Shown here: positions 17,522 to 26,455 of the stretch, piece by piece
Layout: the number at the start of each line of letters is the position of its first letter
Position numbering within the stretch: position 1 is the stretch's first letter
Notes under the pieces: model-generated
Database searches by the model: none
The model's input: the letters and a program-made list of their open reading frames with translations, nothing else
What the model was told of the DNA's origin: nothing
Source of the DNA: Parcubacteria group bacterium
GTDB taxonomy: Bacteria; Patescibacteriota; Minisyncoccia; Phycocordibacterales; CALRHW01
Assembly (NCBI GenBank): GCA_943359555.1
Contig: CALRHW010000001.1
Location: forward strand, 2,718-66,717
DNA length: 64,000 bases
Reading direction: 5' to 3'
Position numbers and translations under genes: made by a program

Positions 17522-18949
17522 TTATCTCTGCAACGGAAGTGTAAAGACAAACTTTGTGTTTTGTCCTTCAACACTTTCAAAAGTAATAGTTCCTCCATGA
17601 CGTTGAACAATAGAACGAACAATAAATAACCCAAGCCCAGAGCCCTCAGGATCTCGTTTCATTGCATTTTCTGCTCTAAAAAAGCGTTTGAAAATGTCAC
17701 CGTGCTGTTCTTTTGGTATTCCTATTCCATCATCCGCGACAGTTATCAGTGCAAAACTACCTTCTGTCTTTATATCAATTGTGATTGATTTTGTAGTATA
17801 TTTGATAGCATTTTCAATAAGATTTTGTAAGACCGCACGCATTTTTTGTGGATCTACAGAAACTTTTGGCATTCCTGCTTGCTCATTTACTTGGAGTCTG
17901 ATTCCTTTTATTTCAATCTGCGTCTTGAACTCTGCAAGAATATTATTTACTAAATCAAGTAAGTTGATTTCAAAAAAAGAAAAACCCAAACCACCAGATT
18001 CTATACGATCTACACCAAGCATATCTTTTATAAGATTGATGATGCGCTCGTTACTTTCATAAGCTTTCATCACGAGTGCTTTTTGTTCACTTGAAAGTGT
18101 GCCGTCATCTTCTTTCAGTAAAATATCCAGTGTCCACTTTATCGCAGAAAGTGGCGTACGAAGCTGATGTGCAACGGTAGAAACGAATTCTGATTTTTCT
18201 TTATCTAGCGCTGTAATTTTTTGATTTTCTTCACGAAGCTCAAGATCACGACGGACAAGTGTGCGTGCATAATCATTGTATTCGTTGTTGAGTAAACGCA
18301 AACGCTCAGATTGAAGTTGCGCTTTACGTTTATCTTCTACGAGCAGGCCTTCTCTGCGTTTAATAAAAGAAGAAAGATATCCAGTGAGAGCTCCTACAAT
18401 AAAATATACGGCTGTAAAAAGAACCGTGGACATCAAGCGCACAATCAGCTCGGCAAAATCAAAAGGGCTTCCATTGTAACCGTAGATTTTTTTCAGATAT
18501 CCAAAATAATCAAGAAAAAGAATACCGTTTACAAAAATAGACGCGATAAAAGCTATCGTAAGTGAACCTAGTACATCAAAAAGTACGATAGATGAGACTA
18601 TTGGAATGAAGAAAAAAATCGGCGCCACACTTTTAACTCCACCAGTTAGATGAAGAATAACAAAAAAGAAAACCAGCTCAGAGAAAATCTGACTCACAGC
18701 AAGACGATTGATAGACGTGGAGTCGTTTTGAAGCTCAATCCTTTTGACTCTCCACCAAAACCATAAATTGACTAAAATAAAAGAAAAAAACAAAAACATC
18801 ATCGTAGTGACGGGGAAATAATTGTTGCCAATAGGATCAAGACGAGATAAAAGTCCCATTACAAAGATAGCGGGAGCATAAAACCAGCGCGCAGTAATGA
18901 GCCACTTGTTTGCTTCAAATTTATTATTATGTATCAGTCTCATTGCCAC
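17522..18949 (-). CDS. sensor histidine kinase with polytopic N-terminal membrane domain
   Basis: About 6 TM, a coiled-coil linker, H-box VSTVAHQLRTPLSAI, N box NLIENAIKYT, and G boxes DDGIGIP and GSGLGLFIV. Confidence 0.85.
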   Translation of the reverse strand: MAMRLIHNNKFEANKWLITARWFYAPAIFVMGLLSRLDPIGNNYFPVTTMMFLFFSFILVNLWFWWRVKRIELQNDSTSINRLAVSQIFSELVFFFVILHLTGGVKSVAPIFFFIPIVSSIVLFDVLGSLTIAFIASIFVNGILFLDYFGYLKKIYGYNGSPFDFAELIVRLMSTVLFTAVYFIVGALTGYLSSFIKRREGLLVEDKRKAQLQSERLRLLNNEYNDYARTLVRRDLELREENQKITALDKEKSEFVSTVAHQLRTPLSAIKWTLDILLKEDDGTLSSEQKALVMKAYESNERIINLIKDMLGVDRIESGGLGFSFFEINLLDLVNNILAEFKTQIEIKGIRLQVNEQAGMPKVSVDPQKMRAVLQNLIENAIKYTTKSITIDIKTEGSFALITVADDGIGIPKEQHGDIFKRFFRAENAMKRDPEGSGLGLFIVRSIVQRHGGTITFESVEGQNTKFVFTLPLQR

Positions 18950-18967
18950 GATAAAAAATTAATTTAA

Positions 18968-20989
18968 TTAGATTATAGCACGCTTTGTGAGTTCTAAAAG
19001 CTCGTCGCGGAGGATTGCGGCTGTTTCAAAATCTAAAACTTTCACAGCGTCATTCATTTGTCGCTCTTTGGCTTTAATGAGTTTTTTGGGGTCTTTTTCA
19101 AATGATTTTTTGTCTAACTCAAGTAGAGTAGCGACGGTTTTTTGATGTTCACTACGAAGCTGTTCGGTAATATCTGCAATTTTTTTGATAATCGTCTTTG
19201 GAGTAATGCCGTGCTTTTTATTGTAAGCGATCTGAATTGCACGCCTACGATTGGTTTCACTGATAGCGTATTCCATTGCTTGCGTAAAAAAATCTGCATA
19301 AAGAACGACTCTGCCGTCTACGTTGCGCGCGGCACGACCTATGATCTGAATCAAAGATGTCTCGCTTCGCAGAAATCCGGCTTTGTCTGCATCTAAAATT
19401 CCTATAAAAGAAACCTCTGGTAAATCTAAACCTTCCCGAAGTAAATTTACCCCAACCAAAACATCAAATTTCCCCCTTCTAAACTCGGTTAAAATTTCTA
19501 TCCGCTCAAGAGTTTTTATGTCGCTGTGAAGATATTGCGCCTTTATTCCCTTTTCTTTTAAATATTCGCTCAAATCTTCCGCCATTTTTTTAGTAAGAGT
19601 TGTGGCAATCGCACGCTGACCTACTTTTATAACTTTTTCTGCATTAGAAATAAAATCAAAAATCTGACCCTTGTATTTTCCTTTTTCTATTATTGGATGC
19701 ACTTCTACTACTGGATCTATAAGTCCTGTGGGACGAATAACTTGCTCCACCACTTTTTTACTATTTTCTTTTTCGTAAACACTCGGTGTTGCTGATGTAA
19801 AAATCATTTGACCGACACGTTCCTCAAATTCATTAAATTGAAGTGGACGATTGTCTTTTGCAGAAGGTAAACGGAAACCGTGCTCCACGAGTGTTTCTTT
19901 TCTTGATCTGTCACCAGCATACATTCCGCGTATCTGCGGAATCGTCACGTGCGATTCATCAATAACAGTCAGAAAATCTGGCGTGCCATCGGCTTTGTGA
20001 GGAAAATATGACAGCAAGGTTTCTGGCGGCTCGCCTTCTGTCTTTCCTGCAAAATGTCTTGAATAATTTTCGATCCCGTTGCAATACCCTATTTCGCGGA
20101 TCATTGCGAGGTCATAAGAAGTGCGACGTTTTAAACGCTCCACTTCTAAAATCTTGCCGTCTTTTTTCAGCTCAGCCAAACGCAAATCAAGCTCTGCTTT
20201 TATCGCATTAAAGGCGCGTTTTATTTGTGGCTCTTCAGTCACGAAATGTTTTGCTGGAAAAAGAAAAAAATTGCCCACTGTTTCTATGATTGTGCGTGAA
20301 ATCGCATCTATTTTTTGAATTAAAGAAATCACCCCGCCATCAAAATCAATTTTATAAATGACTTTTTCAGAAACAGGCATTACTTCTATAGAATTTCCAA
20401 TCGCCCGAAACTGCGCTGGTTTTAAATCTGCAGTCGTTCGTTCAAAATGGATTTCAATAAGTTTTCTCATGAAATCTGCGCGAGAAATTTTTCCGCCGAC
20501 CACTACTTTCATATTTACTTTTTCATATTCCACAGGACTTCCTAAATTGTAAATACAAGATACCGATGCGACGATGATGACATCTTTGCGCGTGAGCAAT
20601 GCCTGAGTAGAGGCGTGACGAAGCCTGTCTATTTCCTCATTTATCATTGCTTCCTTCTCTATATATGTATCCGTCACTGGCATATATGCTTCTGGCTGAT
20701 AATAGTCGTAATAAGAAACAAAATAATGCACAGCATTTTCTGGGAAAAATTCTTTGTATTCTTGAGCAAGCTGGGCGGCAAGCGTTTTATTGTGCGCAAT
20801 CACGAGTGTGGCTTTACCTGTCTGAGCAATAACATTTGCCATTGTAAATGTTTTTCCAGAACCCGTAACACCTAAAAGTGTTTGATTTTTTAGGCCGTCT
20901 TTTACTCCAGCGATGAGTTCGAAAATAGCTTTTGGCTGATCACCCGCTGGTGCAAATTCGCTTTTCAATTTAAATAGTGGTTTTTTCAT
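18968..20989 (-). CDS. uvrB: excinuclease ABC subunit B
   Basis: UvrB N-terminus PAGDQPKAI, Walker A GVTGSGKTF, helicase motifs, and a C-terminal UVR domain (DFETAAILRDEL). The ORF is listed to 21034; the likely start is MKKPLF at 20989, overlapping the tgt stop by 20 nt. Confidence 0.9.
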   Translation of the reverse strand: MKKPLFKLKSEFAPAGDQPKAIFELIAGVKDGLKNQTLLGVTGSGKTFTMANVIAQTGKATLVIAHNKTLAAQLAQEYKEFFPENAVHYFVSYYDYYQPEAYMPVTDTYIEKEAMINEEIDRLRHASTQALLTRKDVIIVASVSCIYNLGSPVEYEKVNMKVVVGGKISRADFMRKLIEIHFERTTADLKPAQFRAIGNSIEVMPVSEKVIYKIDFDGGVISLIQKIDAISRTIIETVGNFFLFPAKHFVTEEPQIKRAFNAIKAELDLRLAELKKDGKILEVERLKRRTSYDLAMIREIGYCNGIENYSRHFAGKTEGEPPETLLSYFPHKADGTPDFLTVIDESHVTIPQIRGMYAGDRSRKETLVEHGFRLPSAKDNRPLQFNEFEERVGQMIFTSATPSVYEKENSKKVVEQVIRPTGLIDPVVEVHPIIEKGKYKGQIFDFISNAEKVIKVGQRAIATTLTKKMAEDLSEYLKEKGIKAQYLHSDIKTLERIEILTEFRRGKFDVLVGVNLLREGLDLPEVSFIGILDADKAGFLRSETSLIQIIGRAARNVDGRVVLYADFFTQAMEYAISETNRRRAIQIAYNKKHGITPKTIIKKIADITEQLRSEHQKTVATLLELDKKSFEKDPKKLIKAKERQMNDAVKVLDFETAAILRDELLELTKRAII

Positions 20990-22190
20990 TGTATTTATCC
21001 AAAAACGCTTTCTTAAACTCTGCAAAACCGCCATCTAAAATCGCAAGTCGCATACTATGCACAAGGTTGATTATAAAATACAAATTGTGAATTGACGAGA
21101 GAGTCCCGGCGAGCATTTCTTTTGCCCTAAAAAGATGTGACAAATAAGCTTTCGTATAATTTTTGCAAGTGTAGCAAGCACACCCTTCGTCAATCGCGGT
21201 AAAATCGTCTACAAATTTTGCATTCATCAAATTTAATTTTCCGATTTTTGTATACAAAGTTCCGTTGCGTGCGGCGCGCGTAGGAGCGACGCAATCAAAA
21301 AGATCTACGCCATTTTCTACTCCCGCAAATAAATCTTCAGGCTCGCCTATTCCGAGCAAGTGACGCGGTTTATCTTCTGGCAAAATTGCATTTACCCACG
21401 CAACAGCAGTCGTCATATCTTCTTTTGCAAATGAACCCCCGATTCCATAACCATCAAAATCCATATCACGCAAAACTTCTGCACTTTCTTTTCGTAAATT
21501 TTCAAAGCGCCCACCTTGCACTATTCCAAAAAGCGCCTGTCGAGACGAATTTTCTTTTGACTTATGATGTGCGAGACTTCTTTTTGCCCAACGATGTGTG
21601 CGGTCTAGAGCCTCACGCTGATAATGTATTGGCTCCATCGGCGACGTACATTCATCAAATGCAAAAATAATATCTGCACCGAGATTGTGTTGAATATCTA
21701 TAGATTTTTCTGGAGTAATGTAATACGAAGTGCCATCTAAATGTGACTTAAAAGTAACACCGTCAGAATCTATCGTCGCAATTTTAGGATTATCTGGATC
21801 ATTGGTGGCTTCAGAAAGTAAAAGTTGAGGGTCTGTTTCTTTTGTAATCTTACTTATATCTTTTCCATAAGCGGCGCCGAGCGAAAATACTTGGAAACCG
21901 CCAGAGTCGGTCATCATAGGTCCTTGCCAATTCATAAAAGAATGCAAACCGCCAGCGCGGGCAACTATTTCATCTCCCGGCTGGAGAAAAAGATGATAAG
22001 TATTTGCAAGCACGACTTGCGCCCCAACACCCGTGAGCATTTCTGGAGTCATTGCTTTTACCGTCGCTTTTGTTCCCACAGCAGCAAACGCAGGCGTTTC
22101 AATAGTGCCGTGCGGAGTTTCTAGAAGCCCCGCTCTTCCGAGAGTGCCGTCTAGTTTTTTTTGAATTGTAAAAGTTATTGGGTTGCTCAA
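20970..22190 (-). CDS. tgt: queuine tRNA-ribosyltransferase
   Basis: N-terminus TPHGTIETPAF, catalytic region, and the Zn site CACYTCKNYTKAYLSHL. Confidence 0.9.
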   Translation of the reverse strand: MSNPITFTIQKKLDGTLGRAGLLETPHGTIETPAFAAVGTKATVKAMTPEMLTGVGAQVVLANTYHLFLQPGDEIVARAGGLHSFMNWQGPMMTDSGGFQVFSLGAAYGKDISKITKETDPQLLLSEATNDPDNPKIATIDSDGVTFKSHLDGTSYYITPEKSIDIQHNLGADIIFAFDECTSPMEPIHYQREALDRTHRWAKRSLAHHKSKENSSRQALFGIVQGGRFENLRKESAEVLRDMDFDGYGIGGSFAKEDMTTAVAWVNAILPEDKPRHLLGIGEPEDLFAGVENGVDLFDCVAPTRAARNGTLYTKIGKLNLMNAKFVDDFTAIDEGCACYTCKNYTKAYLSHLFRAKEMLAGTLSSIHNLYFIINLVHSMRLAILDGGFAEFKKAFLDKYNEKTTI

Positions 22191-22191
22191 C

Positions 22192-22704
22192 TTATTTTAC
22201 TCCCAAAAGCTCAACATCAAATACAAGTGTCGCGTTTTCAGGAATTATTACTGTGCCGTCTGGAGCTTTTATTCCATCTGGACCATAAGCCATATCTGGA
22301 GCAATGATGAGCCGTCGTTTTCCACCCACTTTCATTCCTTCAATTCCTTTATCCCAACCTTTTATCACCATTCCTGCTCCAAGTGTAAATGTAAAAGGTG
22401 CTCTTCCCACAGAACTGTCAAACACCGTGCCGTCTTGAAGCATTCCTGTATAATTTGCAGTGATTGATTTTCCATTTACCGCCATTTCTCCTTCGCCCGC
22501 CAAAGTATCTTGCACAACCAAAGAATTATTTACTCCTGCACCATTTGTGTTTTCGTCTGTCATTATATTTTTATTATTATTTAACTTATCGCTAGGACTC
22601 TTATTAAATGAAAACATGGACATACTACTTGAAGCAAAAAACCAACTAACAATAACTATCGTAAGCACAACTCCCACCCATTGATTTAAAGAAAGTTTCT
22701 TCAT
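22192..22704 (-). CDS. FKBP-type peptidyl-prolyl cis-trans isomerase with N-terminal signal/anchor
   Basis: FKBP domain YTGMLQDGTVFDSS...GAGMVIKGWDKGIEGMKVGGKRRLIIAP. The likely start is MKKLSL at 22704 (the listed ORF extends to 22779). Confidence 0.8.
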   Translation of the reverse strand: MKKLSLNQWVGVVLTIVIVSWFFASSSMSMFSFNKSPSDKLNNNKNIMTDENTNGAGVNNSLVVQDTLAGEGEMAVNGKSITANYTGMLQDGTVFDSSVGRAPFTFTLGAGMVIKGWDKGIEGMKVGGKRRLIIAPDMAYGPDGIKAPDGTVIIPENATLVFDVELLGVK

Positions 22705-22768
22705 TGTGATATAATAAATAATAAATAGTAACAATATTAGTATAATATTTAGTAAACTATATGTAAAC

Positions 22769-23467
22769 ATGAAAGACACATCTCATTTTTCCAAAAAAAC
22801 ACTTCCAGAAAAGCCAATGGCCTTGAGGGATCTGGCAGAATTGGGCGCAGAAAGAGTTGCTCGTATCTCTCAGGAACTAACCTCAGGTTTTAATTTCCTT
22901 ACAAAATACGATAGATCAGTAACTTTTTTTGGTTCAGCGCGTTTTGCTGAAGGACATCCTTATTATGAAAAAGCACGAGGATTGGCGGGAAAAATAGTCC
23001 GCGAGCTGGGATATTCTGTACTCACTGGTGGCGGTCCAGGAATAATGGGTGCTGCAAATCAAGGGGCGTTTGAAGCTGGTGGAAACTCTTTAGGAATCAC
23101 CATCAAATTACCAGCCGAACAAAAAACAAATATTTTTTTGACTGATCATTTGGGTTTATATTACTTCTTTACAAGAAAAGTGTGCTTGTCTTTTTCAGCC
23201 GAAGCTTTCGTTTTTTTTCCGGGCGGGTTTGGAACCCTTGATGAATTTTTTGAGATTATTACACTCGTGCAGACAAAAAAAATAAAAAATGTGCCTATTA
23301 TTTTGGTCGGCGTTGAATACTGGAAGGGGCTAGAGGAGTTTATTATTCGTCATCTTCTAGATATTGGAACCGTGGATAATTCTGACTTAAATCTATATAT
23401 AATGTCAGATGATGAAAATGAGATTTTAGAAATTATAAAAAACGCGCCGATAAGAAACGAAGACTAA
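22769..23467 (+). CDS. LOG-family (TIGR00730) cytokinin-riboside-5'-monophosphate phosphoribohydrolase-like protein
   Basis: GGGPGIMGA and PGGFGTLDE signature motifs. Confidence 0.8.
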   Translation: MKDTSHFSKKTLPEKPMALRDLAELGAERVARISQELTSGFNFLTKYDRSVTFFGSARFAEGHPYYEKARGLAGKIVRELGYSVLTGGGPGIMGAANQGAFEAGGNSLGITIKLPAEQKTNIFLTDHLGLYYFFTRKVCLSFSAEAFVFFPGGFGTLDEFFEIITLVQTKKIKNVPIILVGVEYWKGLEEFIIRHLLDIGTVDNSDLNLYIMSDDENEILEIIKNAPIRNED

Positions 23468-23481
23468 TAGCGCGAAAAAAT

Positions 23482-23823
23482 ATGGAAGAAAACTTAGCAA
23501 AAAAGAAATGTAAGCCATGCGAGGATAAGGCAGGCGCGCTCGCTCACGGCGAACTCACAGATTTAAAAGAAAAAATAAATCAGTGGAACTTGGTTGAGGA
23601 TACACATCTAGAAAAGACTTTAAAATTTAAAGATTTTAGCGAGGCTTTGGTTTTTGTAAACAAAGTTGGAGAAATTGCAGAAAAAGAAAATCATCATCCA
23701 GATATAAAAATCCACAGTTGGAATAAAGTGACTTTAACTCTTTCAACACATTCTATCGGCGGACTTTCTGAAAACGATTTTATTCTTGCCAGCAAAATTG
23801 ATGAACTAAACAGAGTAGACTAA
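23482..23823 (+). CDS. pterin-4a-carbinolamine dehydratase (PCD/DCoH)
   Basis: E-x-HHPD motif (KENHHPDIKI) and ~110 aa length. Confidence 0.75.
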   Translation: MEENLAKKKCKPCEDKAGALAHGELTDLKEKINQWNLVEDTHLEKTLKFKDFSEALVFVNKVGEIAEKENHHPDIKIHSWNKVTLTLSTHSIGGLSENDFILASKIDELNRVD

Positions 23824-23853
23824 TTACGCCATTTAATCTGATATAATATATTT

Positions 23854-24300
23854 ATGATATATGACATTGATGTTGCGATAATAAATTTTCTTCGAAAAAT
23901 AGCGATACCTGTGAGTCGCTTTGCGATTTTTGTGATATTTTTTTGGTTTGGTTTACTAAAAGTTATTGGCTTTAGTCCAGCCGAGGGTTTGGTGGAAAAT
24001 TTATTGCAAACAACAATGCCTTTCATAGAGCCTGCAACGTTTATGATCTATTTTGGACTTTTTGAAATGCTTATTGGAGTAATGTTTATTGTAAAAGGCC
24101 TTGAACGCGAAGTAATTCCCCTACTCGCTTTGCATATGTTTACAACTTTTATGCCTTTATTTCTTCTGCCCTCTATCATGTGGACTCAAGCTTTTGTGCC
24201 GACACTTGAAGGTCAATATATAATTAAAAACCTAGTGATTATTGCGACAGCAATAGGTATCGCGGCGCATTTGCGTCCGATGAAACAGAGAATTAATTAA
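23854..24300 (+). CDS. small 4-TM membrane protein
   Basis: Four hydrophobic helices. Confidence 0.5.
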   Translation: MIYDIDVAIINFLRKIAIPVSRFAIFVIFFWFGLLKVIGFSPAEGLVENLLQTTMPFIEPATFMIYFGLFEMLIGVMFIVKGLEREVIPLLALHMFTTFMPLFLLPSIMWTQAFVPTLEGQYIIKNLVIIATAIGIAAHLRPMKQRIN

Positions 24301-24324
24301 AAACAGGAAAATTATTTAATAAAG

Positions 24325-25569
24325 CTAAGCTTTCGTAATATCTCTAGGAGAAAACATATTCACTGTCCAATCAATAATAATTTTTATTCTGTTTGTCCAA
24401 GAAGCAAAATTGGCAAGGTAAACTGTACGCCACAACCACCACGCAAACACTCCGCTCCAAGTAATTCCGGCTATTTCCCCCACAGCCTTCCATGAGCCGA
24501 GCGAAACAAGACTTCCTTTAGATATATATCTAAATTTACTAAGTTTTTTCTCGTATATAGACGCTGAAATATTTTTTCCTGTGGCTTTTCCTTGTCTTGC
24601 TGCGACCTGTGCGAGCATTGGCAGTGACTTTCCGTCTTTTGTTATAAAAGCTGAAATGTCACCTAGTGCAAAAACGTGTTTAAAATTTTTAACGCGTAAA
24701 AATTCATCTGTAATGATTCTACCCGCTTTATCTTTTTCAACTTCTGGTAAAATTTCTATTGGAATCGGTTTTACTCCAGCAACCCACACAGTATTGAAAA
24801 CATCTACACTTGAACCGTCGGTAAAAGTGATTTTTTCTTTTGAAACATTTGTGACCATTTTATCCAAAAGTACTTTTATCCCTTTTTCGCGTAAAACTTT
24901 TAAAGATTCCTGCCTGATACCCGAGCTAAACATCGACAAAAGTTCTTTTCCACTGTTTATAAGATAAAGTGAAACGTCCCCCGCACAAATGTGCCCTTTA
25001 TAATATTTTCTAAAAGTATCAAAAAAGAAATCAGCCATTTCAGCAGCAAGCTCCACTCCAGTCGGACCTCCACCAATAATAGCAAAACTAAGCATCTTTT
25101 TACGTTCTTCTTCAAATGGAACAGTAGACGCTTCTTCAAAAAGTGAAATAAAATGATTGCGGAGTTTTATTGCATCAGCTAAATCTTTTAGAACAAAAGA
25201 GTTTTCTTGTGCACCAGCGACATCGCAAAAATTGGTCGTCGCGCCAAGCCCAATAACAAGATAATCAAACTCCACTCGCCCTTTATCTGTAAAAACTATT
25301 TTTTTTTCTAAATCTACTTTTCCTACTTCAGCAACTATTAAATCAGCAGGAGTTTTGTAAATAATGTTTCGCACAGATTCCACCACATGTCGCGGACCGA
25401 GGCCCCCAGTCGCCACCTCATGGAGCATTGGCGTAAAAAGAAAATAGTTGGTTTTGTTTATAAAAATAATTTCCACGTCTTTCTCGTGAACTCTTTTAAT
25501 AAGTGAGAGGTAAGTGTTGATACCAGCAAAACCCGCACCCAAAATAACTATTCTCTGTTTCTTCTTCAT
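24325..25569 (-). CDS. ndh: type II NADH dehydrogenase / FAD-dependent pyridine nucleotide-disulfide oxidoreductase
   Basis: N-terminal FAD fold RIVILGAGFAG and a second dinucleotide fold AIIGGGPTGVE. Length 414 aa. Confidence 0.8.
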   Translation of the reverse strand: MKKKQRIVILGAGFAGINTYLSLIKRVHEKDVEIIFINKTNYFLFTPMLHEVATGGLGPRHVVESVRNIIYKTPADLIVAEVGKVDLEKKIVFTDKGRVEFDYLVIGLGATTNFCDVAGAQENSFVLKDLADAIKLRNHFISLFEEASTVPFEEERKKMLSFAIIGGGPTGVELAAEMADFFFDTFRKYYKGHICAGDVSLYLINSGKELLSMFSSGIRQESLKVLREKGIKVLLDKMVTNVSKEKITFTDGSSVDVFNTVWVAGVKPIPIEILPEVEKDKAGRIITDEFLRVKNFKHVFALGDISAFITKDGKSLPMLAQVAARQGKATGKNISASIYEKKLSKFRYISKGSLVSLGSWKAVGEIAGITWSGVFAWWLWRTVYLANFASWTNRIKIIIDWTVNMFSPRDITKA

Positions 25570-25577
25570 AATATAGT

Positions 25578-26018
25578 TTATTGTAACAGAAATTTAAGAA
25601 CGCGGAAGTTTGTGGGATCTATTTCTACTTGTAAGTCTGTCTCGGCGTTTTGAAAGGTAGTGCTTGTGTAAAGAGTAATTGTTTCGCTAAAATGTATGAT
25701 GTCTTTTATAAAACACTCACTCTGAGATAAGCTGTTTCCATCATGCATCGTAATTGTTTCATTGCCTTCATAATTTACGTTTTCAGATATTTTTAGGCGG
25801 GCAATTTCCGTGCATGAAAAAGCAAATCTTTCACTTATTGTTTTTCTTTCGTGATCAAGTATTGCTAATCTTGCATAAAACCCAGCTTTACTTTGATCCA
25901 ACAGACTCATCATAAGCGTCATGGAAATAATAACCGAAGAAACGATTGTTATGTATCCTTTTTGCTTTTTTTCGTTGCGACTATTTGTGTTTTTTTGTAG
26001 TAATTTTATTTTAACCAT
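25578..26018 (-). CDS. possible minor pilin/pseudopilin-like protein (degenerate class III signal)
   Basis: Basic leader ...KKQKG followed by YITIVSSVIISMTLMMSLL. It lacks Phe+1 and Glu+5. Its position in the pilin cluster is the main support. Confidence 0.3.
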   Translation of the reverse strand: MVKIKLLQKNTNSRNEKKQKGYITIVSSVIISMTLMMSLLDQSKAGFYARLAILDHERKTISERFAFSCTEIARLKISENVNYEGNETITMHDGNSLSQSECFIKDIIHFSETITLYTSTTFQNAETDLQVEIDPTNFRVLKFLLQ

Positions 26019-26455
26019 ATTATTTTTTTAAACTTCATATTATTAATTAAAAAACTAAAATAAATACTGTGCATAGCATTTTTCTCTATTACCCGTGTAA
26101 ACTCTAGATTTTCTACAACCACATCAATAGTTGTAAGTGCCTGTGGTATTGATGTGTTTTTATCTGTCACAAGCCAAAGACGACTGTTTTTTAAATAAAT
26201 TTCAAAATTTAAAATGTCGTCTTGAGAAAGATCTTGTGTAAGCGGTGCCATTTTTTGTAAGACAAAATTTCCCTCCACTAGTGCATTTACATATTTGAAA
26301 AACCATTTGTTTCCATCTATTAGCTGAAATGTTGAAACCATAACTCCCGTTAGAAGAAGTGATGAAAGCCCGATATAAATAATTACCTCTATTAGGGTGA
26401 AGCCTTGCGCCCGCGCGTACGCGCGGGCGCCCCCTTTCTTTTTTATATTTTTCAT
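26006..26455 (-). CDS. type IV pilin-like protein (prepilin-type N-terminal methylation motif)
   Basis: AQG|FTLIEVIIYIGLSSLLL shows Gly-1, Phe+1 and Glu+5. Confidence 0.75.
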   Translation of the reverse strand: MKNIKKKGGARAYARAQGFTLIEVIIYIGLSSLLLTGVMVSTFQLIDGNKWFFKYVNALVEGNFVLQKMAPLTQDLSQDDILNFEIYLKNSRLWLVTDKNTSIPQALTTIDVVVENLEFTRVIEKNAMHSIYFSFLINNMKFKKIIWLK

